From the human T2T-CHM13v2.0 reference genome, Homo sapiens: a stretch of 64,000 nucleotides of DNA. Where the stretch lies: the NCBI RefSeq assembly GCF_009914755.1, contig NC_060925.1. One strand, written 5' to 3'. The position numbers and the translations under genes are program-made. Shown in pieces: positions 43,880 to 56,990 of the stretch. Each line of letters opens with the position of its first letter. Positions within the stretch are counted from its first letter, which is position 1. The notes under the pieces are model-generated. The model searched no databases, was not told the origin of the DNA, and saw only the letters and a list, made by a program, of their open reading frames with translations.

Positions 43880-46330
43880 CCTTTTTTTAAGTTAATGTTT
43901 TTGGAATTTTATTTAAGCCCTTCCCTACGCAGAGATCATGAAGATATTCTCTTATATTACCATTCAAAATCTTCCATTTTTTTGCTTTCATATTTAACTT
44001 TTAAAAGCCCATTGATATGGTTTGGATCTGTGTCCCTGCCCAAATCTCACATCTAATCATAATCCCCAGTGTTGGAGGTGGAGCCTGGTGGGAGGTGATT
44101 GGATCATGGAGGTGGATCCTTCATGAATGAATTATCACCATCCACTTGGTGCTGTTCTCCTGATAGTGAGTGAGTTCTCATGAGATCTGGTTGTTTAAAA
44201 GTGTGTAGCACCTCCCGCCATTCTCTCTCTCTTGCTCCTACTTGGGCTCTGTGACATGCCTGCTCCTCCTTCACCTTCCGCCATGATTGTAAGTTTCCTG
44301 AGACCACTGCAGAAACTGAGCCGATGCCAGCATCATGTTTCCAGAACCATGAACCAATGAAACCTCTTTCCTTTGTAAATTACCCAGTCTAAGGACATCC
44401 ATTGCAATTGATTTTTATGCATTGTGTAAAGTGATAGTCGAATTACATATTTTTCATGTCATATCCATGAATCCCAGTACCATTTATTGGAAAGTTTACC
44501 CTTTATCTGTAGTGTCTCCTTCGTAATAAATCCAGAGTCTGTAAATGTAAAGTAGTGTTTTTGGGCTTTCTACTTCGTTCTGTTGGACTCTTTGTTTATC
44601 CTTGAATCAATACCATGCCATTGTTATTACAATAGCTTTATAATAAGACATGATATCCATACAGCAAGTCCTCTGACTTAGTTCTCCTTTAAAATGTCTT
44701 AGGTATTCTAATTTGAAATAACTATGATCATGGATATTTCTCTTCCTCTTTGTGGTTCTGTCATTTTCTTCTCTATATATTATTTAGTTGTTAGGTACAT
44801 ATACATTTCAAACATATTTTCCTTGTGAACATAATTTTTTATCCCTAATAATGTTTTTAATCACAATCTCTACTTTATTTGATACATTGCTTATTATTTG
44901 ACAGTATATAGTTTTCCATTCCTTTATTTTCACTCTTTCTGTGGTCTTATGTTTCCAATGAGTCTTCCTCAACTAGCTGGGATATTAAATACCCTGCTTC
45001 TATTCCTTTTGTGCTTATTTTAGAAATGGCAGCATACATTGTTAATTTATCAGCCTGAAGATAGTCATTATCTTTACTCTCCTTCCAGGTAATATAAGGA
45101 CCTTAGAATGCTCTTGATTCTTTTTACCCCCTTTCTTAACTTATATGCTATTGTTGTCTTTCATTTCTAAATATTTTAGCCTGTAAGATATTAAAATTTT
45201 GTTTATGCTTCATTGTTCATCTATATTTACATTCACCCACATGGTGATCTCTTTATAAAATCCTTAATTCCTTATAGCATCTCAGCTTTTTCCATCTGCA
45301 ATTGCTTTCCTTCTGCATAAAGTACATCAATTAAGATTGCCTTCAGTGAGGCAAAGTCACTAAAGTGGTGGCAAACTCCACATTGTTCTTTATATGAAAA
45401 TGTTTTCATTTTGCCATTATTCTTGAAAGGTACTTTGTGCATATAATCCTAAGTTTTCAGCTATTTCAGTTACAGATTTATTCTACTGTCTTCTAGATTC
45501 CATTGATGTTGAGAAGTATGTAAAATGCTCTTTCCAAAGTCATATGTCTTTTTGTTGTTGTTGTTCCTGCTAGAATTTTCTCTTTGCCTTCAGTGCTCTG
45601 CTTATGAATTTTTGGCTTAATAAATTTGATCAATTCTGGAAAAAGCTCAAGCATCGTCTCCTTGAATAGTTGTTTCTGCCCCATTCTCTTTCCTCTCCTT
45701 TCCAATTAAATGCGTGTTAGATCTTCTCACTCCAGCTTCCATGTCTTTTAGCCTCTCTGTCACATTTTTTGTCTTTTTGTCTCCCTGTGCAGCATCTGAA
45801 TAATTTCTTATGCCTCATCATTCAGTTATTCACTAATTTCTTTTTGATTTTGTCATATGTGCTGTCTAATGGGAAACCACTACATTTTAAAATTTCAGTT
45901 TTATATTTTTATTTCTAGTTCTGTTTAACCTTCTTAAAATCTGCCAAGCCACTTTTAATTGTTACCCATTCCATGAAGGTATTTATAAGGGTACTTTTAT
46001 TTCTATGAACACAATAAGCATAGGTTTTTATTTGTCTCTGTACTCATAATACATAAAGAATTTGTGAGTCTGGTTTTCTTTTATTCTATTCATTGCTTCT
46101 GTTGTTTCTCGCATCACATTTTGTTTCCCTGTACGCTTTGTTATTTCTGACTGTACTGCTCATTGACCCTTGAAAATTAGGAAGAAGGTGCCCTCCTCCG
46201 GAGATTCATCTTTGATTCTGCCAGGTATCTGGGAGTGGGGTTAGGAACCTGGAACTGGTTCTACCTTAAACTTGGAACTACCTTAAACGAAGTTCATAGC
46301 TTGAGGTTCTCAGAAATTGAGGTGACATAA
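43880..46330 (-). mobile_element. Ancient antisense L1M fragments (ORF2 3' piece then ORF1 region)
   Basis: gatcatgaagatattctc; cccagtaccatttattg; atagctttataataag; ttcagtgagg...ggcaaactc; aattctggaaaaagctcaagcat. Confidence 0.7.
44013..44397 (+). mobile_element. MSTA-type MaLR solo LTR
   Basis: tgatatggtttggatctgtgtccctgcccaaatctc...aaattacccagtct; TSD cccat/tccat. Confidence 0.88.
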
Positions 46331-46356
46331 AACCATCCTCAAATCTGTAAAAAGGG

Positions 46357-46656
46357 GCCAGGCATGGTAGCTCACACCTGTAATCACAGGACTTTGGGAG
46401 GCTGAGCAGAACAGATCGCTTGAACCCAGCAGTTCAAGACCAGCCTGGGCAACATGGCAAAACCCTGTCTCTACAAAAAATATAAAAAATTAGCCGGGCG
46501 TGGTGGTGTGTGCCTATAGTCCCAGCTACCCAGAGGATGAGGTGAGAGGATCACTTGAACCCAGGAGGTTGAAGCTGCAGTGAGCCGTGATCGTGGCATT
46601 GTCTGCAGCCTGGGCGACAGAGCAAGACCCTGTCTCAAAAGAGAAAAAAAAAAAAA
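46357..46656 (+). mobile_element. Alu (AluJ-type)
   Basis: ggccaggcatggtagctcac...gaccctgtctcaaaa A tail. Confidence 0.92.
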
Positions 46657-47729
46657 TCTGCGAAAAGGCTTGTCGGTCACGATAACTTACTTTTCCTTTT
46701 TTTCTCTTACCCTGCTCAGTACCAGGGCAACCTCCCTGCTGTCCCAGAAGGGTAGAGAGAACTAGTTTTATTTCTGGTTCACCTTTCCCCTGAATAAATC
46801 CAGCTTTATATGGAGATGGTCTCCTATGAGACTCTCCACCTTGAGCAAGGCACGTACTTTGACAAAAACCTCCTTGTCCTGCAAGGCCGCCAAAACTAAA
46901 GTCTATATTTATTAGGATCGACAAATGTTCTCAGGGCAAAAAGAACTTAGGTGTTCTAGTGTTTTAGTCTCTCCTCATCTCTTTAGTGCTTTTAAGAAAA
47001 TCTAAAATTTTTTCAATTTAAAAAATATATCCAACATTTTAATATTTTCAGTGGAATTTTGGTCCAAATAACCTATCCTACCATTATCAGAAACCAAAGC
47101 CTACAATTTCCTCTCTCCATTATCACTGAGCTGAGTTTTCCTGGACAAGCTACAGTATTTGCATGAGATTCCTCTTGGCAGGGGAGGAAGGCATGCCTAG
47201 GATACTCTTTCAGATGAGCTGTTTTTACAACCCAAAGACTCTCTTCTTCCCTGCTACCACAGAGACAGAGTACTTCCTACAAATATGGCAGCCTGCCTAT
47301 ATGATTCTTTACATAACCACTCTTCTTTTGCTCTCTGAAGCGAACTACATCTAGGAGGGTTTCTTCCACCAGCTGTACACTCAGTTCCCAAAACTATTGC
47401 AAGCAACAGATACAGCTTTTTCATGTCAGGGTGGACTTTTCATCTTAAAGAGCATGACTTTTCCAGTACTTTCCAAGATCTACTATCTCTGGGCTCTCTC
47501 ACCATTTCTATGCTGCTTCCCTTCATTTCCTCAATGGCTTCTGCCTGATCTCATCTACTTGGGACAGTCTTTACATGTATTTTGAAGTTTATGGACTAAA
47601 TTTCTCTCCTACTTTTGCTGTGAATAGAGTTTTCAAGGTTCTGTTGTTGTTGTTGTTGACCTTGCTTTTGAATGTTTCTAGGAAGACAAGTTGAAATGCC
47701 ACCAAATGAAGCTATGTTTTTACACAAAG

Positions 47730-48900
47730 TTTCAAATAATCTTGACTCCTCTCTCTCTCACACACATAACCAACATCTAATACATTGGCAAATTCTGTCA
47801 ATGCTACCTTCAAAATATATTCAAAACTTGTCCACTTCTTACCATCTCCAATTCTCTTTTAGTCCAAGCCACAACTGTATTTTATCAGGACTATTGCATA
47901 GCCTCATAATTAGTTTTCCTGCTTCACCTTAGCTGCCCTACAATCTGTTCTCCATATAGAATTTATTTCTAAGACAGAAGCTAGATCATGTCACCTGTGC
48001 TCAAAATCTTCTAATAGCTTCTCACGTCACTCAGAATAAAATCCAAAGTCTTTAATATAACTGTGAGGCCCTGCATTCCCTCCACCTCTCCTCTCCCATT
48101 ATTTGTTGCATTCCAGCCACAATGTCCTCCTTGCTGTTCTTCACACAGGTCAAGCATACAATTACCTCAGGGCTTTTGCACTTGCTGAACCCTCTGTAGG
48201 TGTATTAGTTCATTTTCATGCTGCCGATAAAGACATACCCGAAACTGGGAACAAAAAGAGGTTTAACTGGACTTACAGTTCCGCATGGCTGGGGAGGCCT
48301 CAAAATCATGGCGGGAGGTAAAAGGCACTTCTTACATGGCGGTGGCAAGAGAAAAATGAGGAAGAAGCAAAAGCAGAAACCCCTGATAAACCCATCAGAT
48401 CTCATGAGACTCACTATCACGAGAATAGCACAGGAAAGACTGGCCCCCATGATTCGATTACCTCCCCCTGGGCCCCTCCCACAACATGTGGGAATTCTGG
48501 GAGATACAATTCAAGTTGAGATTTGGGTGGGGACACAGCCAAACCATATCAGTAGGGAATGCTCCACCTCTAGATTTCTTCATGGCTTACTTTTTCACTT
48601 AATTTACATCTCTGCTCAGATATCACTTTATTAAGAGGCCTTCCTTGAACAATCTCTCTAACATAATGTTCTCTCCTATATCCACTCCTGTCTCCTGACC
48701 AAGTTTTATTTTTCTTCTTGGTATTTATTATTATCTAATATATTTTATTTTTTGTTGTTGTTGTTGTTTAGCGTTATCTTTTCTTCCATCAAAATCTAAG
48801 CTTTAGAAGAATAGGAACTTTGTCTTGTTTTGTTCACTGATATATCACAAACATCTAGAATAGTGCCTGGCATTATAGTAAGTGCTCAGTAAATATCACA
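47730..48900 (+). mobile_element. L2 (L2a-type) split by a THE1 LTR
   Basis: cttgactcctctctctctc...cactcagaataaaatccaaagtc...cctcagggcttttgcacttgctg...tagaatagtgcctggcattatagtaagtgctcagtaaatat. Confidence 0.85.
48201..48551 (-). mobile_element. THE1 (THE1A-like) solo LTR
   Basis: tgtattagttcattttcatgctg...aaaccatatca; perfect 5-bp TSD GTAGG at 48196-48200 and 48552-48556. Confidence 0.92.
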
Positions 48901-49419
48901 GAATGTGTGCTGTGGACACAGAGGAACCCAATTGCAGGACATACAGTAGAAGGAGAGACCAGGAAGCACTTTTCTTTCTGCTGCCCATGATCTTCCACCT
49001 CCTTGACACACAGCTTCTTTACTCACTACTCCATTCCACCTTTCCAAGGTCACCACTTCCAGCTTGAGTCTATAAATCCTCCCTGCCTGAGGCTCCTCAG
49101 CTTACTGACTCGGTGTCCAAATCCCAAATCTGATTGGTCTTTCTTAGTCCAAAAACCTATCTAGAGTCCAATTAGCCATTGCTGGGGGTCAAAGGGAGGG
49201 GAATGTGAGTGTGTCTGTTTATATGCCAAGTATAGTTACCCTCCCCAGGCTTCTACAAAGAGGAAATAAATGCTGGGGATCTTTAATTAAAAACAAAACA
49301 AGCCTTCTCTAATACATCCCTGACACTGAAGAGAGAATATATATAACTTCTACTAGGTGCCTCTAACTCAAATGCCTTCAGAATCCTGACAGGTAAGATA
49401 AATGGGTGAAGAGGCCAGG

Positions 49420-49680
49420 GTGGGGAATATGGCAAACTCAGGAGCCTATGCTGCATCCAAAGAGGGCAGCCACTGTAACTAACTACTGCCAAGGGGAACA
49501 TGGGGCCAATGTCACCAGATATTCTGATGGTTCAAGAGAAGGCAGAAATCTATATTTTAGTGTGAAATCTCCCACTTGTTAAATGACAACTAATCTAATT
49601 TTTTACAAGAAAAAACACTATGCAGACTGAAGAATATACATCCATTGAGCAAATCTGGCTAAGGAATACCAGGGTACAAC
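49420..49680. mobile_element. Possible hAT (MER102-like) remnant
   Basis: ccagatattctgatggttcaagagaaggcagaaatctatattttagtgtgaaatctccc. Confidence 0.45.
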
Positions 49681-49879
49681 TTCTGTTTTGTAAAGTCAGC
49701 TCAAAAACAGGACATCAGTAATTTATCACACTCAAAAGCAATGTTTCTCAGGGGGGTTCAGTGTGAAGATTTCATTAGTTGGAGTAACCGGTACTCTCAG
49801 TCCCCTTTCACAGCACCTGCCCCCATCTTCTCTACCAATCCTGGTACAAACTTCCACCAACTTTTAACCATGAGAGACA

Positions 49880-50050
49880 GAAGGCTTATTGAAAAGCATT
49901 TGGGCTTTGAAATCAAGTGGGTCTGGACAAAAAAACAAAACCTCAGTATTACCTCCTACCATTATTCTTAACCTCTCCAAACCTCAGTCTACTCATCTGC
50001 AAAATGGGGATGCTAATTCCTACCTAGAAGGGTTCTTGGGAATAATGATT
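49880..50050 (+). mobile_element. MIR
   Basis: cttaacctctccaaacctcagtctactcatctgcaaaatggggatgctaat. Confidence 0.75.
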
Positions 50051-50730
50051 ATTATTAACAGACTAGGAGAGGCCCCTTCCTAGAGAAAGGCATGATACTT
50101 GAAAATCCGCAACTGTGATACAGAATGTTCATAATAAGCTAATGCCATCTACACCTCTTTGTGGAATAAGTAGAGGGTAAAAATGCATTTAATAAATAAC
50201 ACAAGGATGGAAAATACAGCTCTCTGAAGACCCAGGTCTTCACACCAATGTTGTTGCTTGTGAACCTAGTCCAGAATGTCTAACTTTGTAGAAACTAGCA
50301 CTAATTAGAATTCATAGACATCAATTATGTGATTATTCAAGAACTCTCTCAACTCTTAAATCCATTTTTGTATGCATATTACAACACAACACTGAGTCAA
50401 GTAAAGGCATGCCAATTCTCCAATGACCAAAAAAAAATTAATCCTGTAGTTCCGGGAGACACAATTGGGAAAAGAAAGCCCTGTTTCCAAAGTGTCAGCT
50501 ACAACGCTGTTTCCACCAGTGGCTGGAATGCAAGAGTCTTCCATACACTGATGAATGCAGAAAGCAATTGCTGCAAAAGGTCATTTCATAACCACTGGAA
50601 ATACTGCCTTTCTCCCACCCGACCCTGCCCTGTGCTTTCTGGGGAAAAGTCACCCTGTGAAGAAGCCATCAGGTCAGAGGCAGAGGCTACAAGGAACCCT
50701 TGGCTTTATACCACACAGCACACCCTAGAG

Positions 50731-50933
50731 CAAGTTTGTCCAACCTAGAGCCCAGGAGAGCCTTGAATGCAGCCCAACAGAATTCGTAAACTTTCTTAAA
50801 ACATTATGAGATTATTTTGCGATTTTTCTTTTTAGCTCATCAGCTATCATTAATGTTAGCATATTTTATGTGTGGCCCAAGACAATTCTTCTTCTAATGT
50901 GGCCCAGAGAAGCCAAAAGATTGGATAACCCTG
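50731..50933 (-). mobile_element. MER30-type hAT-Charlie MITE with 8-bp TSD
   Basis: caagtttgtccaacc...aattcgtaaactttcttaaaacattatgag...agccaaaagattggataaccctg; TSD CCCTAGAG at 50723-50730 and 50934-50941. Confidence 0.9.
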
Positions 50934-52011
50934 CCCTAGAGGGTCATGCAACAGGAAAGGGGGCATCCCAAAAGGAAACATGAAAACTATGCTCCCTCCA
51001 GGAACTGAAAGAACTCTCCACAACTGATACCAAAAATACATTTCTCCTAGCAAAGAACTCTAAGTAGACTTCTTCTCTACCAAGGAGGTTTAAAAAGAAA
51101 GAAGTGTGTCTCTAATCACTGTACTTTCCCACCAAGAAGAGCTGAGCTCCCCCATTCCAGATTTGCCTGGGCCTATTCTTATTTCTCAGGCCCTCGTGGC
51201 TCTTATAATCACACATGTCGATTATCGGTTTTCCTCCGGGGAGGCCCAAGCATCAGAAAATCACTTACATCCTTCACTGCCAAGCCTCTCCTATTAGGCA
51301 GGCAATCTGTAATTATTTATGCTATTTTCTAGATTTTAAAAAAGGAGGGGTGTCTAAGATATAGGTAAATATCAGCCAGCAGTTGACAATCATTGAAGAC
51401 AGGCATTGCGTAAACAGGGGTTCAGTATTCTATTTTCTCCATTTTTGTACATGTTTAAAATTTTACATAATGAAAAAGTTTTAAAAGGGAGGGTCGAAGG
51501 AGGACACAGATATAACCTGAAAACAAAACCAAGTGTTCTTCACCATTTACTCATGTCTAGATGCAGAAAAACCTGGGAAGTGCTCAGACTCTCTCATCAA
51601 CAGCCTAGAGGGTTCATGCGCCCTCAAAGTGGAGACTGTATCTTCTAAGCACTACTCAATATCCTTAACAAAATAGCCTTTGAAAAATTCCCTAGAACTT
51701 TTCAAAAGTATTCTGGAAGAACCCAGTTTCCCTTCTTGACCTTCCCTTCTAGACCTGCCTCTACCAATTACCCCTACAGCCTCTTCCTCCTACAACGTCC
51801 TCTACTTCCTGTTCCAGACTGCTCTGCTGAACAACCCAGTTATTGAAATACCTCCTGGGTGGCAGGCAAACACCTGTGTTCCAGCAGGTTGTCTAGCTGT
51901 TTCTTCCTTCTGGATGTCAGATGGGATCAGTTTGTAGGAATATTTTGTATTTTCTTCTTCTTCCCTTTAAACTCAATTTGCTCCTAGTAAGGTTTTTTTT
52001 TTAATTGCCTA

Positions 52012-52232
52012 CAGTGGAGTTTTCCAACTTCAACACTGTTAAGATTTGGGGCTGAATAATTCTTTGTTGTGGGGGCTGTCCCATGCATTACAGGATGTTC
52101 AGCCACACCCATGGTTTCTACCCATTTGATGCCAGTGGCACAAACACCACCGCAACTTTTGACAACCAAACTATCTCTAGGTATTGTCAAGTGTTTCCTG
52201 AGGGACAGAATCACCTCTGGTAAAGAACTACT
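52012..52232 (+). mobile_element. MER20 hAT-Charlie MITE
   Basis: atttggggctgaataattctttgttgtgggggctgtcc...tgatgccagtggcac...gacaaccaaa. Confidence 0.85.
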
Positions 52233-54169
52233 AGTCTAAAAAATATTGAAAATACAAGAACAATATTGTCCTGGCCCCACCCCCCAAAAAATGAGATTAT
52301 ACAGTTTTTTTCCCACATACACAATATCTTCCAACTTATAAATTTGTAAATATAAATACTTTGTAAATGTTGTATCCTAAGCCAGAAGTATATAAAGTAA
52401 CAAGAGTAAAATTAATTTAAAACCCTCACAACTATATTTTCTCTGTCTTCATGGTTTCCTGTGTGAATCTTATTTGTTTCTTCCAAATTATCCTGTTTTC
52501 CAGTCAATGTGGTAATCAAAATATTGTGCTCCAAGCCCTCTTTGAACGCCACATAATCTGTGTTTGAATTGGAAAGAAAAACTTCCAGTGACTTTCTCAG
52601 TACTCCCCATGACATGCACTGGCTCTCCAGCACCTATTTAACAGGTGTCACTGGACAACAGAATCCCCTAAAAGGACATCTCCCTACAAAATCAGAAAAA
52701 AGCGCAGCCAATGCGCCCCCGGCCCAACTCCAAACAGTCACACCCCAACCCCATCTCTGTGTAACCACAGGAAGGCAGCATCCTCTCACACACAAAATGC
52801 TCCAGCCCTACAGCTCCCAGTTCCAATTCTGTATTTAAGACTCGGAGTCAGAAAGACTCACTGGTGCAGGCGCCATCTCACTGCCACCTCCTTCACCTCT
52901 GAGTGAAGGAAGAATACCCGATTCCCAACCTGACCAAGAAGTGCAACGGGACGTTAAATGAGCCAGTGTCACAAGCTGCAACACCCGTTGGGAAATACTG
53001 CAATTTTTCTTCATTAGGCAGAGGGTTTCCCACCATATTTAAATGGTACACTCTCTTCTTAAGAAATCTGTTTTTGGTCTGCACAGGTCTTGCATTAGCC
53101 ACGGTCTACGATACAGCTTTGGGGGCTATGCGTTCAAAACTGTCTCTCCTCTCCACCCCACTGGATTTCCCAGCTCCAATCAGGGGCTCTCCCAAGCCTC
53201 CATCCTCTTATTGCCCCCCTCCCCCACCATTCCCCTGGGAATGTCATCTTGTTCCTCCTCTCTCTTGCTTACGGACAGGCAGTTGCTGGGTGCAGGGATT
53301 TTGCCTTCCAGGGTCCATTCCTTCCTGGACCCATTTCATGCCACTGCTGGTCTCAGCCTGGATCCCCTCATCCCAGATTCTGGCCACGGCCTCCTAACTG
53401 GTCTCCCGGATTTGGCCTTTCTCCTCTAATATAGCTTTCACTCTGACAATTGATAGTCTTTCAAGAGCACAAGCTAGAACAGCCAGAAGCCTTCCGTGGT
53501 TTCCCATTCCCTAGCACCAGATACAATCCTGTCTTCTTTGGTGCACAGTTTGTGAAGCACACCAAATGTTTGACCCTGGAGGTGTCCAAGCAGGAGCAGA
53601 ACGAGCACTGAGTGGGACAGGTGCCCGCATGCAGAGGGATTTATCCACTGGATACATGGTGGAGGGAGATGGGAGGAGGGAGTTAAACTAAATGACTTTT
53701 AAAGTTTCCTTTCAAGCCTGACTTCCCATGATTCTGGGAACTCTTTGGTCTGCCATGCAGGTCCTACCACCATCTGACCCCTGAAAAGTGATGCCTCCTG
53801 CAAAGTGATGCCAGACAGTCCCCTATAATGCTCCTCACATGGTCCTGCACATGGTTACCCCACCTCTATAGGATGACTTCTTTTAATTGTCTTTTTTTTT
53901 AATTACAAAAGTAACACTCCTTGGTGCAACAAAATAAAACAACACTGAAGTATTAACATGAAGTCCTCAACCACTGCACTCCCATGGGTAGCCACTGGTT
54001 TCAGCAGAATGTATGCCCTCCTAGTCCTTTCCTATGACACACACTCCATTCACTTGACACCTGGTCTTATGCTGTGCCTTAGGAAGAAGGATATTTAATT
54101 CTTATCTGCATTGACTTATCTCTCCAGTTCCCTAAGGTAGTAAGGCTAATTAGTTCATCTGCTTCAAAT

Positions 54170-54580
54170 GCTGTTATTCCACCAATGAGGAATTGAAAGG
54201 GAAGGAGATAAGGTTTCTTGCTCAAAATCACAGATTAGCTGGTGGCAGAGTTAAGACCAGACCAAGAACTCCTAACTCAATGTTGGTTATTACACTGTAA
54301 AGTGCTCTTCTCCTCCCCACCGTGCAGAATATCATATTGTACAGACAGCAGGTAGAAATAATTGCCTCTTGAAAGCATAGGGGCAGGATAGTCCAGTGGT
54401 TAAGAACTTGGACTTTGAACTCAGGCTGCCTAGGTTAGAATCTGGCTGTCATTTACTTAACTATGTGACCTGAGTCAAGCAACTGGGCCTCAATTTCATC
54501 ATCCCTTCCTTATAGGACTGTTGTAAAATTAGTAGCTTAATATCTGTAAACCCCTCAAAACAGTATATATGTTAATAAAA
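54170..54580. mobile_element. Two MIR fragments (54170-54290 minus; 54385-54580 plus)
   Basis: atgaggaattgaaagg...ctcaaaatcacagattagctggtggcagag; gtggttaagaacttggactttgaactcaggctgcctagg...ctatgtgacct. Confidence 0.7.
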
Positions 54581-55739
54581 CATGCTATCCTACCTCTAAT
54601 GTAACACCCAAAATACAATAAATATCTTCCTTATTAAAACATAGGCTGGCAAATCAAAACCAAATCTTGTTAGCTCTGAATTTTGTCTAAAAATAAATTA
54701 GCATGGGTGAAAACTCACACAATATTAGTCCAAAACAGATTTAAGTGACACAAGAACTGTAATCATTACTACAGGAAGGAATGACCTCATAAAGACCTCA
54801 TACATCAGAAGCATTGTAACATTTACTGCACCAAATAATAAATTTTTAAAAAAATCTTAACAGCCTCTATCAGTAATTATCTAAGTAAAGTGGGCTGCAA
54901 ATCTGTTAGAGAACTGTTTTTGCCATGATAATATTTCTAGTAAATTGCTGCTTCTATACCAAAACTACTGGTGTTGCAGAACCGGCAGGCTAATAGAAAG
55001 ATTATTATAGAAACACTATTAAAATGAATCAGGTATTATTAAAGATTCAACACTACAACGGCGCCTGATTACAAGAGATTTCAAGCTGTATTGCTTAACG
55101 AGCAGATAAAAGTGCTAATTAAGTCCACTCTTAGAGGTTATCCCTAGGCAGGACTGTACACTTATGTAGCAAGAGGTCTTCAGACTAAATGAGGAACCAG
55201 TAATGCCAACCCGGCTGGATACAGCCCTACTGGGAAGATAGGGAGAGAATGAGAAGAGCCAAGATTTTCTGCGCACGAAGGTAACCTGGTAAAGCAGACA
55301 AGTATCCAAACTTATTTAAACCTCAGTGTTTTTCTTAACTGAGGAACACTCAGTTAATCAGCAACACTTCTGATTCCTCCTTTCTTGAATGAAGAAAACC
55401 AAATAACCCACCATAAACTGAAGACCCTCAATAAACGGCACAATCAGCGGGAGGCAGAGAAAGCCGTGCCATTATTACCAAAGCCTCCTCGAGCAACCAG
55501 AAGACATGGAATCGCTCTCTCACCTTGGCCAAAAGCATCTCTCCATGCAACCAGAGCCTAGAGCTCTCAGAGGTTTTTAAAGAGTTGCCAGACTGAAGGC
55601 ATTTCGTTCCAGGATCTATTTAGCTTTCCCACCTTGTTAATTAACTAATTAGGGATGGGAAAGCAACTCACCAATACAAAGTGTCAGGAAAATGCTAAGT
55701 AAATTTGTCCAACTGGTCTAAATGTCAATGCTAACTTAA

Positions 55740-56990
55740 GAAAGGGGGCAAGCGCGAGAGACTGAGCCGTCCCCAGACTGCTGCAATCCAGAGCTCGCTA
55801 ACGTAGAGACGGAGAGACCCGGGCGCCCTGCAGCAGCAGCCTCCCGGCCCAGAGCCGGGATGCCGGCAGGACTTCTGGAAGGGAAACCTGGACCAGGGCC
55901 ACCCCGGGCACAGGGAACGCGGCTGGCAAGGCGCATCCTCGCCGCTCAGTCTCCGTCTCCCCGCATCTCTCAGACGTCAACAAACCCCTGACCACAAAGT
56001 GAAACTTTCCCGGCCCCCGCTGTCGCGCCAGGTCTCTGCCCTCTGCCTGGGAGCGCGTTGCGGGGACAGGTGTGGGGCCCGGGCTGAGGAGGGGCCCCCG
56101 CCCCAGGACCGGAGGTTGTGTAATCGGCCCGGGAAGGGGGGCTCGGGACAGCTCCCTGCGCCGGAGCTGCGGAGGCCAGACGGGGGACCCCAGCTGAGGG
56201 GGCCGGCGCCCGGAGGCGTTGGGGGGATGGGGAGGGCTCTCGTCCCGCCCCCCGGGACCGCCCCCGGGCGCAGTCGGGAGCTGCGGCGCTGACACGGCCC
56301 GGAGAGGGCGCCCGCGCGTCAGACCGAGCCCGAGGAGGGGGGCGCGATGGCTCGGCAGCCGCGGCCAGCCTTACCTGCGCGCCGGGCCGGGGCGGCGGGA
56401 GGCGGCTTGGGATGCCGGGGTGGCGGGCGGCGGGCGGCAGCGCTGGCAGCCACCCGGGCCACGGCATGCGAGGAGCCGTGGCGCGGCGGCGGGCGCGGGA
56501 CTGACAGCCCCAGGCCCCGCCTCCAGACCCCGGGCCCCGCCCCCTTCCTGGCCGCGCGGCTTGCCCCGCCTCCTCCGCCCACCGCCGGGGTCAAACTGGG
56601 TCCATCGGCCCGGAGGGCGGGGATGCTCGCTTTCGATTGGCCTCAAAGGTGCCCGCCCCGCCTACTCCCCGCCCCTTCCTTGGCAGGGAAGAGGCGCGTG
56701 CGCCGTGGCTGGGGAGGGTAGCGGTTACGCTGAGCGCCGGCGTTGCTGGTCCCCGACCCCTGGTACCCGGGCATCGTTTTTTCATCCCGGGCAGCTGGGA
56801 CCCCGGGATGACCTAAGGAACAAGGATTCAGACGCAGACTCCACGGTGAATTGGCCTTATTCACGTGTGAACGAACGTCCAGGAGAAAACCAAACCCGAA
56901 TGGGCCAGGCTCTAACCAGAGGAGACCCCAAAACTGTGATCTGCATCAGAAAACGAACCAGCCAGCCGGTTCCCGGCTCTGCCAGGTCTA
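55740..56990. promoter_or_regulatory. CpG island promoter (main direction minus strand)
   Basis: Abrupt rise in GC and CpG density; multiple GC boxes (56535-56544, 56575-56580, 56615-56620, 56667-56675), minus-strand CCAAT at 56636-56640, E-box CACGTG at 56862-56867, CRE-like GACGTCA at 55973-55979. Confidence 0.92.
56375..56500 (-). other. HIVEP3: Probable 5'UTR first exon of a large minus-strand gene, likely the HIVEP3 distal exon 1; 5' end approximate
   Basis: Consensus donor CAG|GTAAGG (plus ccttac|ctg, 56369-56377) just downstream of the GC-box/CCAAT cluster. Gene identity is from my recollection of HNRNPFP1 lying beside the HIVEP3 5' end, not from coding sequence in the window. Confidence 0.6.

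Noticed and set aside
48283-48297. THE1-borne PRDM9 hotspot motif
   Set aside because: Reads CCTCCCCAGCCAT on the minus strand, lacking the CCTCCCT core of the hot THE1 allele
52903-53434. 164- and 128-aa plus ORFs in unique sequence
   Set aside because: No similarity to any protein I recognise and no supporting exon structure
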